Shown here one piece after another: positions 60,183 to 64,000 of a stretch of DNA of 64,000 nucleotides. The DNA is from Marsupella aquatica (taxonomy: Eukaryota > Plantae > Marchantiophyta). Each line of letters opens with the position of its first letter. Position 1 is the first letter of the stretch. The stretch lies in assembly GCA_973895155.1 (NCBI GenBank), contig OZ316893.1, positions 12,478,359-12,542,358 of the forward strand, written 5' to 3'. The position numbers and the translations under genes were made by a program. A model generated the notes under the pieces. That model was not told where the DNA came from and did not search any database. It saw only the letters and a program-made list of their open reading frames with translations.

Positions 60183-63100
60183 ATGGCCGTTCTTGCAGCT
60201 TCGGCTGGCCGAAGGGTTTCTGGACCAGCCAGGGCAGGGAGGGTAGGCCTGTTAGGGTTAATTTGCTCAGCATGACAGTACTTCAACGAGCTAGATCGCA
60301 TTCCTATGTCCTGGGCATCCCTTTCATTCCATGTCAATGCTGGTGTTGTCATGGATGCACTCTCTTTGGTGAAGGTCCCACCCAATCCATCTAGCAAGGC
60401 TGCAATTCAATGCTATACCCATCTTGAACAACATACGAGATAGGCATCAGCAATTAAGGAGTACCTTACTTCAAATAATTGGGCAAGTGCAATTTAGATG
60501 CAAGCCCGTCCCCTTGACTACAGCAGTAGAGCGCTCAATATGTATGGTAGGGAGCTCGGCCCACCTCCCGTATGTAACGGCTCGTCCATATTGTGGAACC
60601 ACCTTTAATTGCTATGCTGAAACTTCATTGCAGTGGTTTTTGATTTTTGATTTCGGAGATTCTTGGGAGTAAAATAGCTTTACTGTCGGTCTCACGTTAC
60701 GTAAACCTTAGAAAAATAATGGAATGCATTTTATCTGTTACGGAAAGGCTGAATTCTGTTTTTATTCACTTAGTTCTGTTCAGATGTCTTAAAGAGTGGG
60801 CGGGAGTCAAAATTGTTATGAGGACGAGGCTAAAGAGAGTCTCTTCTATGCTATGCTTCAGGTTGCTGGGGAGAAGACATGGCTTTCGTCGGCTTTTGGG
60901 ATTGCACGCTTTCTGCCGGGTTTCTTCGTGGGCGTTTTGGTAGGATTGATGGTGGATTTGCCCCAAAAGAACAAGAGGTTGCCGGCGAAAGAATCGACCA
61001 GAGAGAAGCAGAAGAAGGCTGCTGAGATAAGGGCCGGTGTGAGACGCGGTACCAAGGTGGGCGCTCGGGCAAGCAGTGCCTCTCCAGCATCCATTGATGG
61101 CGGCGGAGAGTTGAAAATGGTAAACAAAATGATTCCTTTGAGATACGTATACGAATCAACGTCCGCCGTTTGGTCTTCAAGTGCTTTGTGTTTCCCTCAG
61201 TTTAAAGAGGGTTATTTACGGAACTGGGTGTGAATCCTATTACCGAAATGATTATTTCCTCAGTTGAGCTGTCAAAAACCTATGCTCCTAGAAAGCAACG
61301 CTGACAATGACAATATCGTGCTCTTGCTCAGGGGTGGTATTAAGACCTTTTACTTACACAGTGATGACCAGTTTCGGATTGCTATGACCGTCAAATTGCT
61401 AAATGTCTGTGCATTGTATTGAGAACGCAGATATTGTAGTTTGTGGTATCGGAGATTACTTTGTTGTCAAGTGCACCGCTAGATTGTCTCGGCCCACATA
61501 ACCTAATCGGCATGGGTGCAGGTTTTAGTTGTTCGTCTTGACTTGAAGATGAAAAGTGGAAAGATTGCGTCTCAATGTGCACGTAAGCTCTTCGCCTGGA
61601 TCTCACTGGACTTCAATCTGTGAACAATCATTCATTTCTGGGGATCGTGACCCATGAGGCAAGTAGAGAACGCTTGATTAGGGGTAGATAGTGGGTTGCA
61701 ATAGGATGATTCTATATCCACACAATTTTGAAACCGTGGTTTTATTGTGTAGCATCTTCAAACGGCTGATGATTTTCCAGGAACAGCAGTATTTTTGATA
61801 GAATCTAGGGCTCCCCTTTGTGCAATCAACGATCCTAAGCTTGGATTCGGGTGTTCACGAATGCAAATAATCTCTTAATATCCTTCAAGTACTACTCTCT
61901 TGTCGCCTATCAATACGCAGATCTGCACACTTGGCCACGACTCCTGTCCCTAGGAACAATGACATACACGGTGGTTTTCCGGCAACTTAGTCATTGTTTG
62001 TGGCTTTCAAAATCTTTTGATAACTGTTGCACCCTGTCTAGCAGATGCTGCTGTCGGTTCATTTGAGGAATGCCTTAGCAGGTACTTGTCTTCATGATGG
62101 CATCTTTTTCCATATGCTATCTGTGCTGTGGCCTCAAATCCCAATTTGTGTCCCTTTACGCTTGTATTCAAAGATTCAGTCCTCACGGAACGTTTCTTTC
62201 TTTCAATCCACAGAGGGCAGAGATACTTATTGAAGAAGTGGGAGGACTGCGGGCAGCCAAAAATTGTTGTTACATGTAATAGTCAAAATGAAATGTACGC
62301 GATCTCGCTGAGTTGCCTCCCTTATGCCGCTCTATCACTATGACGGATTGAGCGGGAGTTTATGTGTAGGTTAATGTATGGGTTTTGTTGTGGTGCATAA
62401 AAATGTCAGCTGTCCAACTCTAACGATTGGAATGGTAAATTTTGATTTTAAAATTCAGCGATGTCACCAAGTATTACAGGCATTAGAGTAGGAGCTTCTT
62501 GTGGTCTCTTCGCATTCCAATGTAAGATGCTGGTCGAGCATTGGTATCAGCTAAGAGTCCTTTTTGATCTTTAGTACGGGATTATTGATGACAATGGTCG
62601 AATGTGTAGGAATCAGCTAAGGGCAAAAGCAGAGAATGTTGGTCTGCCTGTCTTTACTGTGGCAGATGCTGGCCGCACTCAGGTGAGCTTTATTGTCAGT
62701 TCAATTTGTCTAGAATGGGGAAGGATGTAGACTGAATTCTCTAGACTTGTATTATCTTGTTCTCTCTCTAGTAGCTCTCGAATATTCACTGTGTCATGGT
62801 GCGACATGTATTTGGTTTTCATCCTTCAAGATGTAGGAATGATTTTGTTTGACGTCTAAATAATCTGATCTTACGCTTGACAGGTGGCTGCTGGATCACA
62901 AACGGTTCTAGCTATTGGCCCAGGTGAAACTCATGGGATCCGGTCTCGTTTCATGTCCTCTGACTCCCGTATCTCAGTCATTACCAATTTTGTTCTAGCT
63001 CACTCCAGATGCTTGAGAGTAAAACTTTCTGTACACATGTCAAGTTTGCCTCTTGATTGGAGCAAAAAAGCGGTGGACGAGTCTGGGCAATAATAAATAA

Positions 63101-63296
63101 CAGGCTTCTGTCTCGATTTAGTTTGCCTAAACAGAGAACCTTTCAGGCTCCTTTTCTGCTGTGTACAGAGGACCTTGTCGTTGGTTCGAGTCATACTCTG
63201 GAAAAATATACACTGGTTGCAACTAAATTGGATGACTCCATGGCAGGGTTGAAGACAACTGTGGACTCCGTAACTCGACATCTGGCGCTACTTTGA
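60183..63296 (+). CDS. PTH2: Peptidyl-tRNA hydrolase 2 (PTH2/Bit1 family) with N-terminal membrane anchor, ~219 aa
   Basis: Exons 60183-60242, 60862-61119, 61522-61582, 62045-62081, 62214-62294, 62610-62682, 62884-62923, 63247-63296 (660 nt, in frame). Motifs ELKMVLVVRLDLKMKSGKIASQCAHAA, WEDCGQPKIVV, VADAGRTQVAAGSQTVLAIGPG, VDSVTRHLALL. An in-frame upstream ATG at 60165 is possible. Confidence 0.93.
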
Positions 63297-64000
63297 TGTG
63301 TGGGGTCTGAGCGTGTCGTGTATTTCCGTCATTTGCAATCTGCACAATTCAATGACACCGATCTGTGACCACGAACGATTGATTTAAAGATTCCCGAAAA
63401 GGACGCAGACAATCAGACAATTTCCACAAGGAAGCTCCGCAAGGAAGAAGCACGTAAGTTCGGCTGGACCGCGGGACGTGTTATTGACAGAAGGGAATGG
63501 AAGTCTGAATGCAGGGAGATACCAGGGTGGGTGATAACTGGTCGGGTGATCATTGGTTGATATTCCCCTTTTCACAGATAAGTAGCTAACTGGCGTACAG
63601 TATCTGAATATGGATGTTGGATTCCACAACGTGATATGCTGTCCAGAAGCTAAGTCATAGGCAGCATTTATAGCCCTGCTAAATGTCGGGAGATGCTTTC
63701 TGAGATGCTAATTAGATCTGCTCGAGTGAGTTGTGGATATTGGAGACCGTTTGATGATGTCGCCAATTTTATTAATTGGGAGATTCTGCAGCCCGCAATC
63801 AAGTTCCGGTGAATTGTGATGTTACCCTAAACAGTGGTGGTATTTGGATGGCAAATTACTGTAAAGTCGCGTAAAAGGATCGGAGCGAAAAATAAGTGGT
63901 CCTTTGGTCTGAAGTTGTTACTGTGCATTTGATCTCCATAAACAGAACAATGATGTACCCGATGATGTACCCGATGATGGACCCGACATTGATAAGAAGC

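Noticed and set aside
45773-63296. Biosynthetic gene cluster around the UGT pair
   Set aside because: No scaffold-forming or other tailoring enzymes in the window; neighbours are housekeeping genes and TEs.

Overview
Eukaryotic land-plant genomic DNA with GT-AG introns, probably a bryophyte or liverwort (inference from gene style; the taxon cannot be fixed from sequence alone). Six host genes can be built by hand: the 5' part of LFR (ARM-repeat SWI/SNF subunit, minus strand, runs off the left edge), an 11-exon ARG1/ARL-type DnaJ co-chaperone, a 13-exon ~736-aa multi-pass membrane protein, two tandem intronless UDP-glycosyltransferases and an 8-exon PTH2-type peptidyl-tRNA hydrolase. The intergenic DNA is a TE mosaic: a full-length decayed Ty1/copia element (344-bp LTRs, ACTCT TSD), a 2-kb solo LTR (GATGT TSD) nested in a Helitron helicase fragment, several mini-Helitrons, long-TIR foldback elements and Tourist-like MITEs. 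The most interesting object is the unannotated membrane protein at 22092-27656. Its helix layout and C-terminal motifs resemble PHTF-type members of the 7TM ion-channel (insect odorant/gustatory receptor) superfamily rather than plant DUF3537. Second is the UGT pair, in which one copy has a non-canonical PSPG end (DT instead of DQ) and each copy carries private upstream TEs. All gene models and alignments were made by eye.
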